In this document: in pieces, positions 22,809-35,928 of the stretch
How the letters are laid out: every line of letters begins with the position of its first letter
How positions within the stretch are numbered: the stretch's first letter is position 1
Source: Perkinsus chesapeaki ATCC PRA-425
Lineage: Eukaryota; Protista; Perkinsozoa
Direction of reading: 5' to 3'
Length of the DNA: 57,334 bases
Assembly: GCA_013115145.1 (NCBI GenBank)
Contig: JAAPAO010000178.1
Coordinates: 1-57,334, forward strand
The notes under the pieces: model-generated
Databases searched by the model: none
Seen by the model: only the letters and a program-made list of their open reading frames with translations
What the model was told of the DNA's origin: nothing
Made by a program: the position numbers and the translations under genes

Positions 22809-25800
22809 ATGTCTGATTACGTCGCTGATTATATACAGCGAACATGGAAGAAGGTTCGACGGCGAGACAGATCTGACTCAACTCAAGCGCCGTATCGGCA
22901 TGTGGAAGTTGGTAATATGGGTATCTTAATTCTTCATAGTGCGGTACTTCCTGTCTGCTTAGGTGTCCCCAACCTCGAGTTCTATGACAATCGGGTATCT
23001 TCCCGACGGTATAATTGGTTTTCTTTCTTACCCCTCTCCCTACTATTTCAATTTCGTAAATTCTCTAATCTGTTCTTCCTCCTGAGCGCCGTGGTAATGC
23101 TCATCCCAAACGTTTCGTCCCTAAGCCCGGTGTCGGCGCTGTTCCCTCTGGCATTCGTGCTGATAGTCTCGGAAATACGCGAGTTCGTGGAGGAGTATCA
23201 GGCCTATAACCGAGATAAGGAGACAAATTCAACAAAAACACACAAGATAGCCGACAACGGCACGGTGGTGGCAGTTCCGTGGTCGGAGCTTCGGGTTGGC
23301 GATGTGGTCCTGGTCCTGGACCAAGAGCCCATACCTGCTGATTTGGTACTGTTGCTATCATCTCATGCCGAGAATGCTAAAACGGGTTCTGTGGCTTATA
23401 TGGAGACGAGCAACTTGGATGGCGAGACAAATCTGAAGACCAGGGAGGCGCCGAAGTTGGTTGGGAAGATGGTCATTTCGGGATCGGAATTTGCCAGACG
23501 ACGGTCCAAGACCTCAGGTAGCGAGCTGCCCTATCATATGGTCACCACACTAAGCTTGCTAGCCCTTCCTGCAGTTACAACTGAGCCTGACTCGAGCGCA
23601 GCAAGACAACAGTTACCGACTGAAGAAGGACAGGTGCGTAGTAGATGGGTTCATGGGTTGGGCAATGCTTGGCCTCAGGTCATCAAACGGCTGGGCACTG
23701 GCTACAACGCTGAGGACACTCTGGGTCGGCTGGTCTCATCTATGGCTATGGACTTTGAGGCACCTCATCCTGATATGTATAAGTAAGAGCCTTGGCAAGG
23801 TCGGGATAGGTCTAGTTGGGTGGGTGACAGGTTCAAGGGCACAATTGGACCACTGAGCAACACAGAGGACCAGGGGTTCGCTGAGGGTCTGTCGATTGAT
23901 AATATGTAGTAAAAGATCGTTGAGGCTGTGGTTGTAGGGTGAGTATCTTAGGTTACTTCGTGGATGTAAGCTCCGTAATACACCATGGGCTGTAGGTGTG
24001 GTAACTTACGCTGGTTATGATACCAAGGCTGAGATGAATAGCAGAGGTGAGCATGCTTCATTTATAGGAGTCGAATGTATTGATCGTATTAGTGACGGTC
24101 ATCGCTTGTAGCTCGGAGGACAGTTACATATGCTACTTGTATTTATTATTAATATTTGCCTATTATTAAGGTTCGTCACACGTGGTTGCATTGCTTATTA
24201 ATATATTGGCTTAGATGTGCTTATATCTGATATATCTTATATGATTACTATGCGTTATAGTAGTAGGATACGAGGTTGAGACTCGTACGCTCCTTAGTCG
24301 ATGAGAAATCACAGAAAAACAAAATATTCTATTGTATTGTGGAGAGCTGTATAGACTACTGCGCGTCAAATCCTTATAAACTCTGCGTGTTCCTCCGGGA
24401 TCTGGGAACAGCCGAGATGGGTTGATCAATGAGTACCTTAAGTATATATTTCCTCAGTGTAATAGGAATATCCGCAAACTGCAATTGTTAGTAGTGAGAA
24501 ACTGAGAAACCGTGCTGTTGACCGTCTATTACTTTGCTGCCAGGCAATCTTTTTGCCTTTTCCCTTCAGCCGCTGGTCTGCATCCATCCAAGCACTCTAC
24601 GGTAGAGAACCAGCAGAATGCCTACGTCACTTGGCTCGTGGTCTTACTTGTCATCCTCTGTGCTATAGTCACTATTGTATTCAGCACTGAGCCATCACCA
24701 GGCGACCCGGACTATCCTTGGTAATAGCGCAGCACGAGAGGGGTATCTTGAGGTCGGCTTAGGTACCTGTCGGGATTGAGCTACCAGAACCCTATTATCA
24801 ATTTCCTCGCCTTCTTCGTCCTTCTTAATACGTTGATTCCGATGTCCTTGTGGGTTACTTTGGAGATCCTCAAGCTGGCGCAGTCCTTCTTGATCGAGTG
24901 GGATAACCAGTTTTACGATGCAGAGAGGTAGGGCTTCTTTGATAGGTCGCAGGTTCGATCCCCGGTAGCGGTATTTTTTATCAGAGATCTCCACGCTCGA
25001 TGTAATGCTAAAAATATGCATGAAGAATTGGGAATGGTTACTCATGTATTCTCGGATAAGACTGGTACACTTACATGCAATAAGATGGAATTTAAGGGCG
25101 CTGCGGTCGGCACCGATACCTATTCACTAGAGTTCAACCGACCGGACCCTAGCACCGTGCCACAGGGTGAAAAGTGCAATGCGGTGTTCTCTGGGGTTCT
25201 ACCGACCAACTTGGAGCTCATCGGGATAATGCAACAAGCCCTGAAGAAGGACGGTGTCGACTCTCCTATAGGACAATTTCTTATGTGTCTGGCGCTGAAT
25301 CATTCCTGTGAGCATGTTGCTGCTGGGCATATTAATCCAGAGCATATGGAGGAGGAACCAGCTAAGATACTAAGTGGCTGCATTCAACTCTTCAATAAGA
25401 ACAAACGTCGAGGCCAACAGCAGCCTGTCGACGATTCTGGCCGGCTTGGTCGGGAACTGCTTAGAGAGGAGGAGCAAACGGTTCATACTGAGGAGCCTGA
25501 GAATTACCAGGGGACGTCTCCAGATGAAAGCGCGCTGGTCGGCGCCGCAGCTGACTTCGGAGTTCGTTTCGTGGACCGAACACCCGAGGTAGAGATTGTT
25601 AAACTGCCTGATGGCACTGAGAAGACTATGAGACTTTTGCATGTGGTTGAGTTCACCAGCGAAAGGAGAATGATGACCGTCGTTGTAACGGACAATGACA
25701 CAGCTGGTAGGGCGGACGGCGGGGGGGGCGGGGGCTGGTGGAAATAGCTGCTTTCAGATTATGATGATAAGCCTGTGTACATGTATACCAAAGGGGCCGA

Positions 25801-28346
25801 TAGCTCCGTACTGCCAAAGTGCCAGAACAACACCCCTGAGGAGAACAAGATCAGAGCTCACACTAAAAGGATGGTCGCCAGGTTTGCCGAGACGGGATTC
25901 CGTAGGAGCCTTGGTAGATTCGCGTAGTTTTATGCTGGTGTTCTCGGTAGGTACATTGTGTGTCGCTTATCGGGAGATAACGCTTTCGGCATGGCGAGAG
26001 ATCCAGAGTGAGATTGATGCGGCCCAGAGCAAGGTGGCGGAGAGGGAGAAGTTGGTTAGTGAAATAGATGCTAAGAAAGTGGAGGTTCACTTTACCTTGT
26101 TGGGGTGCACTGCAGTAGAAGATAAACTACAGGTAGTTGGCAAGGGTGCTCGGGTATCTTAGCTTGATTAATGCACTGAGATTTGAGTATGATTCTTTGG
26201 AGACCAGGCTGCTTATAGCTATTGTATGGCTATTTTGAGGTGGTCCTGCCGAAATAAGCGTGTCATCACTTTGAGTGATATAAGTAATTCGCTTGAATTT
26301 CCGATGGTCGCTGCTGCTGCTGCTTCACTTGCGAAGGTCCCCTGCTCAGGATGGCGTCCCTGAGACCATTGCTTCCCTTCGCAATGCCAATATAACAGTC
26401 TGCATGATCACTGGTGATAAGCGTGAAACAGCCATCAACATCGCCAGGAGTTGCCGCCTCATCACGAGCAAGCAGAATGTGTAATGTGGCTGCTGCCCTC
26501 GCTTGTGTGAATTCACCGAAGCTGTGGTTTAGGTATACAATGATGAGCCAGAATAACATGTTTGGTGGTGGCAACTTTGTGCCAATCAGGAGCCTACAGC
26601 AGCTGCTAGGTAATCCTCGGGAGGAGAAGGTCTCTTGGCTTTCAAGACTAAGTCTAAGGGTTCTATGTGGTAAAATTAGCAATTGGCCGGCAGGTTGGCA
26701 GCAATACCAGTCCTCATTCGCCTGCATTGTGACTCGGATTGGTAACGGTCTTGTTTTCAGAAGCGAAGGAGCCAGCGCTTGGAGTCGACACTCCTCTCGA
26801 GCCTGGTCCGGCTGATGGACATGACGATGAAAATGATACGGATATGTTGCTTGGACCAAATCCTTTGGCTATTTGGGAGCTTACGGGGGAAGGTCAGGAT
26901 ATAGAGGACAAGATTCGCAACGAGCAGCAGGTAACCGGCGCGGTTTTTTTTTGATAGAAAAATGGTTTTTTTCGTCAGGCTAAGAGACTTGTGTCCCGGA
27001 CGACCTCCAACATGTCCCGAGCCACCCCGCCCTTGAGGGCCAGCTCGATGACCAGCGGCAATCCGGATGGGCCCTCGGGCACGCAGAAGTTTTCTCTGGT
27101 TATCGACGGTGCAAGTTTGGATACCATTCTTGTAAATCCGGCTAGTCGGAAGAAACTTTTGGAGGTGCTCACCTACGGTCAATGCGAGTCCGCTGTGTTT
27201 TGCCGAGTAAACCCTAAACAGAAGGGAGAGATAGTTCATCTAGTTAAGGCTAGTCTTGACAAGCGAGGCCGAGTCCTAGCCATTGGTGACGGTGCTAATG
27301 ATATCAATATGATACATCAAGCTCATGTTGGTGTTGGTATATTTGGTCAAGAAGGTTATCAGGCTGCTGGTACAGCTGATTATGCTATTAGTAGATTCGG
27401 TGACCTTTATAGACTAATGTTCTATCATGGTCGGATTAACTATGAAAGGAACACTCACTTCATCAACTTCTTTATCTACAAGAATTTTGTATACACCTTG
27501 TGTCAGTTCTGGTTCGGTATTGTCTCCTACTGGACGGGCCAGACTGTCTTCGAGAGTTGGTACGTGCTATGTTACAACTCAGTCTTCTGTCTCGCGCCGC
27601 TTTTCATTGAGGCTCTCTTCGATAAGGATGTTGATCCCGACTTGGACGCCCCACCGCCGAAGGGATGCGGGCGAATGCCTCATCCGCCTGGTATGACGGT
27701 CCAGGCCTGGTACGAGGAAGAGGTACCTAAGCTTTACCACAGGACTAATGAGAACTATAATTTCGGTACGTCTATTCTCTTAAAGTGGATCGTTGTAGGA
27801 ACCATACAATCGCTGGTGGGCTTCTACGCTGTCTGGGGCTTCTGGGGCTACACTGGCACCCCTATCATGGGCGATGGGCATGTGGCCTCCTACTGGATGA
27901 TGTCGATACTGCTTTACTCGTTCATTATGGTATTGGTAACAACTCTGATATTCTACTATACAGTTGAATGGACTAAGCTGTTTATATTCTGTAACACCAT
28001 ACTTAATATTGTCATTTACGTGGCCTTCGTCTACATATATGATTTGTGGTTCGGAAGTGATGTTTATCGAGAGGCGATGGCCACCACTGGAAATATCACC
28101 TTCTGGCTCATCCTCTTATTGATCACAGCGGTTTGTGTCCTGCCCATCGTTGGTGCCTCCAAGCTGCGTCATCTCAGCAAGCATGCTTACTTTTCTGACC
28201 AACTGCAGGAGAGACGAGCGGCATACAAGCGAAAAACCCGCAAGGAGGATCGTCTTCAGCGTCGTCGTCGTCGGGGAAGGTCTTCCTCCTCTGGCCATCC
28301 AGCTGCGAGTAGCCAGTATGTGCGGACGGTCGATGCCGTAGTGTGA
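22809..28346 (+). CDS. P4-type ATPase (phospholipid flippase), paralog 1, multi-exon
   Basis: [82 protein letters not shown] and C-terminal TM segments. Confidence 0.95.
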
Positions 28347-28713
28347 GGAGGAGGCGTGTGCCGTCCTTTCTCCGTTCATTTGTGTCATTAGGGTTCCGTC
28401 GGAGTCCCAGACGTAGTTGTAGTTATGCTCTTGTCTCTGCTGCTATACTTGCTCATCCTTTTGTTGCATCATCATGGTTGCTCCCTCTCGTATATACCAT
28501 TGCGGGGCTGGCCGCCACCGACGGCGGCGGCGGGAGTAATTGATGATGGTTGTCGTCGTCGGCGTTCTAGTAGTGCTGCTGCTGGTGCTCCTAATCTGTA
28601 GTTCTTATGGAGTATTATCCGTTCCTACTTGTTTGTTGACTACCCATCAGTTTTGTGTTCGCTGTCCCCATTTCCCCTTCCTCAGTGTGTTATATGGCTA
28701 TGCGAGGTCGACT

Positions 28714-31700
28714 ATGGAGAGCATCTTTTTCCCGCGTTATGGCCATTCACCCTCACCTTCGGCACATCCTAGTCGGTAAGCCCCGTCCGTTTCGGTTCAG
28801 CCTCATATCTTAATTCCTCTCCTTAGGCGAGGCCACCCATTCCTATAGCGGCAATAGCATTTCCACTCGGCAGTACTCGTGGCTCACCTTCCTGCCACTC
28901 TCGATAGTCTTCCAATTCCGAAGGCTGTCGAACTGCTACTTCCTCCTAGCGGCAGTAATTGCCAACCTCCCGGACGTGGGCTCACTGAACCCATTCGCCT
29001 CGGTGGCCCCTCTGGTATTCGTTCTTATTGTCTCTGTGACTCGGGAGTTTATAGAGGAGTACCAGGCTTACCTGCGGGACAGGGAGACCAACTCTAGTAC
29101 CGCTCATGTGTTGGTCAGCGATGGTCGCATTGTGGCCCGGCCCTGGTCAGCGGTCTACCCAGGCGACATCCTGGTGGTCCGAGACCGCGACCACTTCCCT
29201 GCTGATTTGGTACTGTTGCTATCATCTCATGCCGAGAACGCTAAGACGGGTTCTGTGGCTTATATGGAGACGAGCAACTTGGATGGTGAGACAAATCTGA
29301 AGACCAGGGAGGCACCGAAGTTGGTTGGGGCCACGCTAGAGGCGTGCCTCGGCATGTCCCCAGGGCGACGGCCAGGCAGCGTTCCGATCGGTAGGCTTTA
29401 GCTGAGCTGCACTTCTCTACTGGATGACTCTTTGCAGCCATCGCGCCTGATCAAGAGCAAGGAGGAAATCGACAAGGCCGGGGCGCTGAGGCTCGGGTAG
29501 GCCTGGCCAACTGGTCCAAGGTGATGCCACCTCAGATGCCCTCGGACATCGACGCCAGCCACCTGTTTGAGATGGACAGTGGGAAGCTATCAGCTTTAGT
29601 AGGCAGTTTGGCCATAGAGTTCGAGTCGCCAACCACCGATATGATGAAGTGAGCACTTCGAGCGGAGCGAAGCAGTTCATGACGTTCAGGTTTCGGGGGA
29701 CGATATCGTCCTTGGTGGATGCTGGCTTGTCCACGGACACCTCGGAGGCTATTAGCATTGAAAACATGTATGAGCTCAGTCAGTCCTGATTCGGGCCATG
29801 GACTCTTCAGATTGCTTCGAGGCTGTAGCTTACGGAACACTCCTTGGGCGGTTGGTGTGGTGGTGTATGCTGGCAGTGAGACCAGAGCAATGATGAATAG
29901 TCATGGTAATAATAAAGCCATCGGTGAGGCTCCTAGCGTGCTCTCATCAGCCGACACTGGCCCACGCAAGCAGAGTACAGTCGATAGGGCGATGAACAAA
30001 TACGTTATGGTACTGTTCCTGTTGCAAGCGCTACTGTGTGCTTTGGCTACGATATTTACATCAACATACTCGCAGCCGGGCGATAAGGATGCTGATAGCG
30101 ATCCTCCGTGGTAATAGGGGGAGGGCGGGTCATAAGTTGAGGGAAATGTGGTATCGGGGTTACTGGTCGGGAGGGTCCACTAACTTCTCACATATGACGT
30201 ATATGACGGGAGCTTTTGTTCATAGCCATTAATAAGACTTGCTCCGACGACGACGCTTCTGTAGGTACCTGGAGGGTCTGTCGTACCAGGCTGAGTTCAT
30301 CACCTATATATCGTACTTTCTTCTCCTTAATACATTGATTCCGGTATCGCTGTGGGTCAGTGTGGAGGTCATCAAGTTCGCTCAGTCATTCTTGATTGAA
30401 TGGGATATGAACCTTTACGATGCAGAGAGGTAGGGCTTCTTTGATAGGTCGCAGGTTCGATCCCCGGTAGCGGTATTGTTTATCAGAGATCTCCACGCTC
30501 GATGTAATGCTAAAAATATGCATGAAGAATTGGGAATGGTTACTCATGTATTCTCGGATAAGACTGGTACGCTTACATGCAATAAGATGGAATTTAAGGG
30601 CGCTGCGGTCGGCGGTATGACCTACTCTGAAGAATTCCTAGGAGACGAGTCCGCCCCGCTGGGCTCTGTCGGCCAGAGGAGTCGCTCCGAGTTCAGCGGC
30701 GTTCTTCCGCCTTCGGGCCGGCTGATTGGATGCTTCCAGCAGGCCCTGGAAGCCCAGGGCCCCGACTCCCCACTAGCACTGTTCCTTCTGAGTTTGGCTT
30801 TGAACCACTCCTGTGAACGTGTGCGCATCAAAGGCCAGACCGGCCTCGAAGATTCCGACAGCCCTCGAGGGAAAAAGGGTTGCAATCCTTGCCTTTATCT
30901 GAGCCGGAAAAAGTTAGCACGATCGACGGGAGCAATTTCAATGGCCGAGGAGGGAGCAGAGGAAGCCCTAGACGGTCCAATATTATACCAAGGCACGTCA
31001 CCGGACGAAAGCGCCCTTGTGGGAGCCGCAGCAGACTTCGGGGTGCGGTTCATCGACCGTACGCCCTACTCGATCGAAGTAGCTTTGCCGGGAGGATCGG
31101 TGAGGGAGTTCAAAATCCTACATGTGGTGGAGTTCACCAGTGAGAGAAGGATGATGAGCACAGTGCTCACCGAGGACGCTCCGGGTAGCTGGCTGTCTGA
31201 GCCGTGCGCTTACAGGGGGGATTTCAGATACTCCCGATAAGCAAGTGTTCGTTTTCACGAAGGGAGCCGACAGCTCTATAGTCTCGAAATGCATTGTGAA
31301 CACCGAGGAGGACCCTAATACTTCATTCGGACATACGGAGCAAATGGTGAAGAACTTCGCAGAGAAGGGCTACCGTCGGGACCCTTGGGCCATGCTTCGG
31401 TGTCAGTGATTTGTTCAGGTACGCTGTGTGTCGCCTATAGACAGCTGGCGATGAACGAATGGGAAGCCATTGCGAAGGAGCTGCATGAAGCACAGATTGG
31501 AGATATGAACCTGCGAGAGGAAAAAGTGGCCAAAATTTGCACCGAAAAAATTGAAGTTGGATTCACCTTACTTGGATGTACTGCGGTGGAGGACAAGCTG
31601 CAGGTGATAGGAAATCTTGCTATCTTGCATTCTCTCAACGCTGTGTTGGCAGGATGATGTGCCGGAAACTGTCGAGGCACTGAGGAAGGCTGGAATAACG

Positions 31701-33372
31701 GTGGCCATGATAACTGGGGACAAGAGGGAAACTGCCATCAACATAGCGACGAGCTGCAATCTGATTAGTGACCCTGACAACATGTACTTGAGGCGTGATT
31801 TGACGGAAATACGGTATTATTAATTTTCAGGTACACCATGATAAGCCATCAGTCTCTGTTTGGTGGCGGTAACTTTGTTAATTTGAATGCTTTGAAGGAG
31901 GCGGCAAGTAAGCCTATTTATACCGTCGAATTCTCTGTGTATTCCGACCAGGTAAATCCTCGGCGAAGGCCACTGGCGACAATGTGGAGTTTACTAAGGA
32001 GAGGGTCATTTGGGGGCTGACGGAAGAGTGCCAATCTGAGAAGCCTCAACCCGGCGCGACTGCGCCTCAACAATCCGGAGAAGCTCGCCCAGTAAAAACG
32101 CCTAGGCTGGGGATCGAACTCGCGTGACTGTGTTTTTAGGGTCTTGGCGAGAGACAGGCTTCCAGGGTTCGGAATATGAGTCTGAACGTGGAGTCTCTGC
32201 CGGTCCGAGAGCCCAGTGCGGGCGGGCGGAGATACTCTATCGTGGTGGACGGTGCCTCGTTGCCGACCATCCTCCAGGCCCCGAAGAGCGTCGCCCGCCT
32301 CCGGTCCGTAATCAACCATGCACAGTGCGAGTCCGCTGTGTTCTGCCGAGTGAATCCTAAACAGAAAGGGGATATCGTGAGGCTTGTGAAGGACGGCATC
32401 CACGGCCGAGGGAGCGTCCTAGCCATTGGTGATGGTGCTAATGATATCAATATGATACATCAAGCTCATGTTGGTGTTGGTATATTTGGTCAAGAAGGTT
32501 ACCAGGCTGCTGGTACAGCTGATTATGCTATTAGTAGATTTGGTGACCTTTATAGACTAATGTTCTATCATGGCCGATGGAACTACGAGCGAATGTCACA
32601 TTACATCAATTTCTTCATCTACAAGAACTTCCTGTTCACCCTCTGCCAGTTCTGCTTTGGCACCGCCTCCCGGTGGTCCGGACAGACCGTCTACGATTCC
32701 TTCTACGTTCTTGTGTACAACTCGGTCTTCAGTCTTCTCCCCCTCACTGTGGCCGCCCTCTTCGACAGAGATATCCATCCCGACCTGGACGGCCCCTTGA
32801 CAGGTGATGGTCGGTTGCGCCACCCGTCGTACATGACTAATGCTCTCTGGCGGCACGAGGTCATTCCGCGGCTGTATCGTCGGTCAGCTTCCAACTACAA
32901 CTTCAACCCAGGCGTGCTGTTCCGGTGGATCGTCATAGGCACTTTCCAGTCGGTTATTTGCTACTACGGCGTTTGGTGCTTCCGACAGTACCCCAACGCA
33001 TCTGTGGGCGGCCACGGTCGGATTTCGGATTTGTGGATGGACTCGATCCTGCTCTATACGATCATTCTGGCTCTGGTCTCGGTGCTTATCTTACAGTACA
33101 CTAGGGAATGGTCGCGGGTTCTAATCCTGGCGCTGCTACTTTTTCAATTCTTCCTGTACATTGCTTTTGTTTTCGGCTACGATATCGCCATTATAGACGG
33201 CGATGCCTCCGGGTACCTCCTCAGCTCCCTCGGCTCTGTCGGCTTCTGGCTCATCTTGCTCCTTTTAGTCGTAACATGTTTCCTGCCGGCCTTTGCCTTG
33301 GAAAAATTGAAGTCTCTTTCGCCGACAGTTCCCCTTGTAGAGAAGCTCCTTCAGCAGCGTCGAATTAGATAG
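28714..33372 (+). CDS. P4-type ATPase (phospholipid flippase), paralog 2, multi-exon
   Basis: Same motif series (DGET, LIPVSL, DKTGT, TGDK, GDGAND). The start codon and first exon are uncertain. Confidence 0.93.
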
Positions 33373-33583
33373 TCCCTCAATGAAGCAGCAGCAGCAGCCT
33401 TGTGTAAAATTGTCGTTTTCGCCATGGCATGCTACCCCTTTTAAGTGTTTATCTTGTTGATGACTCTCCTATTGTGGTGTTGGATTGATAACTTCGCCCA
33501 CTGCCCCTTTTTGTCAGTATATTTTCCCTCACCGTTGACCAGCGGTCTCGCCACTAGTGCTGTCTAGTCCTCGGTAAAACAGA

Positions 33584-34830
33584 ATGACAAATGTCCTGAG
33601 CGATGCAGAAGTCGCCTCGCTGGACGAACAAATAGAGCGCGTCACCAACATGGGCCAGCTGACTGAGGCCGAGTGCAAGAACCTGTGCGAGAAGGTTCGC
33701 GAACTGCTCCAGGTGAGTCTCTTCCGTTTGCCGATATGTTTGATTGCCTGTTGTCGTCAGGAGGAGTCGAACGTCCAGCCAGTGAAATGCCCTGTGACGG
33801 TGTGCGGCGATATCCATGGACAATTTTTAGATCTAAAAGAGCTCTTTAGAATTGGGGGCAAACCACCTGAAACCAACTATTTATTTTTGGGAGACTATGT
33901 TGATAGGGGGTAAGGTTCCCACGCCGGCTGCTGCTGCTTCTGTCTGCTGTTCCCAATTCTCCTGTGATCGTCAGATATTACTCCCTGGAGACTGCATCAC
34001 TGATGTTCCTGTACAAGGTCCGTTATAAGGATCGTATCACACTCCTTCGTGGAAACCACGAGACCAGACAGATCACACAAGTCGGTTCTGAACTCCTTCG
34101 GTCGCTACGTCGTCACTGAGATTCCCCAGGTCTACGGCTTCTACGATGAGTGCCTGCGGAAGTACTCCAACCCCAACGTGTGGAAGTACTTCACCGATAC
34201 CTTCGACTACCTTCCTCTCACCGCTCTCATCGAGAACCAGATTTTCTGCCAGCATGGCGGACTGTCTCCCTCGATTGATCTCCTGGATCACGTGCGACAA
34301 CTGGTAACTCCTTCACTGCGCCGCGAAATTAATTATCATTTCCATCGAATTCAGGACCGAGTGCAAGAAGTTCCGCACGAGGGGCCCATGTGCGATTTGT
34401 TATGGTCGGATCCCGACGAGAGATGCGGCTGGGGTATCAGTCCGAGAGGTGCCGGGTAAGCTTCCTCTTCGTCAGCTCGACAAGGGAGGCTTCCTGTTCA
34501 GATACACTTTCGGGCAGGATATTTCGGAGCAGTTCAATCATGCTAATGGCTTGAAGCTGATAGCTAGAGCACATCAGCTTGTCATGGAAGGTTACAATTG
34601 GTGCCACGATCGCAATGTGGTGACTATATTCTCTGCACCCAATTACTGCTATAGATGCGGCAATCAGGCGGCCATCATGGAGATCGACGAGAATCTAAAG
34701 TACGACCATAGCTCGGTCAGCGGCGGTCATTGGTCTTCTCGCCAGATACACTTTCCTTCAATTCGATCCGGCCCCTCGGGAACAGTCTTCGCCCGACATT
34801 GCCCGCAAGCTCCCCGACTACTTCCTCTAG
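33584..34830 (+). CDS. PP2A-C: Serine/threonine protein phosphatase 2A catalytic subunit, multi-exon
   Basis: [46 protein letters not shown]; last exon [17 protein letters not shown]. Confidence 0.95.
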
Positions 34831-35037
34831 GCTACTGCTGCTGCTGCTGTATGACTATCTATGTAGATACTATTGACCTCTACTGTGTAGATGCTCGGAA
34901 CAGTTGAGTGTTGTTGCGTTAAAGCAGCTGGTCAATTCGAACCCGGCTGGCCCGGAAATTCCTCGACTCCGGCTTGATATTCTCTCACTTGGGCTAGTCA
35001 ATGCGATCAACAGTAGATTGTGTGGCCGTCTTTTGTA

Positions 35038-35691
35038 ATGAGTAACCCTCATCGTTCTGGCGAAGCCGGTGAAGTGTCAGTCAGTTATAGCAAGCATCCC
35101 TACCTAGCCGAGTACATCCTTAAGCACCCTGAGGCCTGCCAAAGAGATTCCCATAAAAGTGTGAAAAACAAAGACCGTTACTTCAAGCCTGACCCGGTGT
35201 GCTGGGCGTGCCTTGGTGCCCACGACTCCACCGAGTGCCCCGAGAAACGCTGCTTCAAATGCAGTCAAATCGGGCACTCATACAACGAATGTGAAAGCCG
35301 AGAAGTCTGCGTCTTCTGCCGAAGGCACGGTCACAGTAATCTGGCCAGTTGCCCTCTTTATGGGTATAGGCAAGCCTCGAATCCAACCTCACAAAGAGGC
35401 TCTAGATGCTTTGTTTGCGGAACGAAGGGCCATGTTCAGTGTAAAGGCTATCCTGCAGCTCCTGGTGAACACAGGGCTACAACAGTAACCGACTCTCGAA
35501 GAGAAATATGTCATAGCGGCCCTCTGCGGTATGGCAGGGTTATACGGCCACTTGAACCTTTACCAGCACCACTGCACACAGTGACATCGGCCCACCCTTA
35601 TCGCGGGAAGCCTGCAGATTATAGCGGTGCTGTCATCGGTCCTGGACAAGTATACGACTGGCGAGATGCCCAAATGAGCTACCGTCAATAG
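35038..35691 (+). CDS. Multiple CCHC zinc-knuckle protein (AIR1/ZCCHC-like RNA-binding), intronless
   Basis: CWACLGAHDSTEC, CFKCSQIGHSYNEC, CVFCRRHGHSNLASC, CFVCGTKGHVQC. Confidence 0.8.
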   Translation: MSNPHRSGEAGEVSVSYSKHPYLAEYILKHPEACQRDSHKSVKNKDRYFKPDPVCWACLGAHDSTECPEKRCFKCSQIGHSYNECESREVCVFCRRHGHSNLASCPLYGYRQASNPTSQRGSRCFVCGTKGHVQCKGYPAAPGEHRATTVTDSRREICHSGPLRYGRVIRPLEPLPAPLHTVTSAHPYRGKPADYSGAVIGPGQVYDWRDAQMSYRQ

Positions 35692-35928
35692 CGTCGTCAA
35701 GAGGATAACAAATCATAATGCAAAGTCAAAGGCATTTCCTTGACCTGTCAGTCGTTGCGCTAGTTATCCCGCTTTTTGATATAGAACGGCAGAACGATCT
35801 GACGAACGTAGAAGGCGCGATCGTGCGAGGTAAAGAAAAATATAGAAGAAAGTAGAAAGTAGAAGTAAAAGTAAAAGTAAAAATATAGAACGCTACAGTC
35901 TGTAGCCTACAGAGCGTCAGTTCCGGTA

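Noticed and set aside
35820-35890. A/G-rich AAAGT(A/G)-type low-complexity tract before the PKD2-like gene
   Set aside because: Simple-sequence slippage; not enough structure to claim function.
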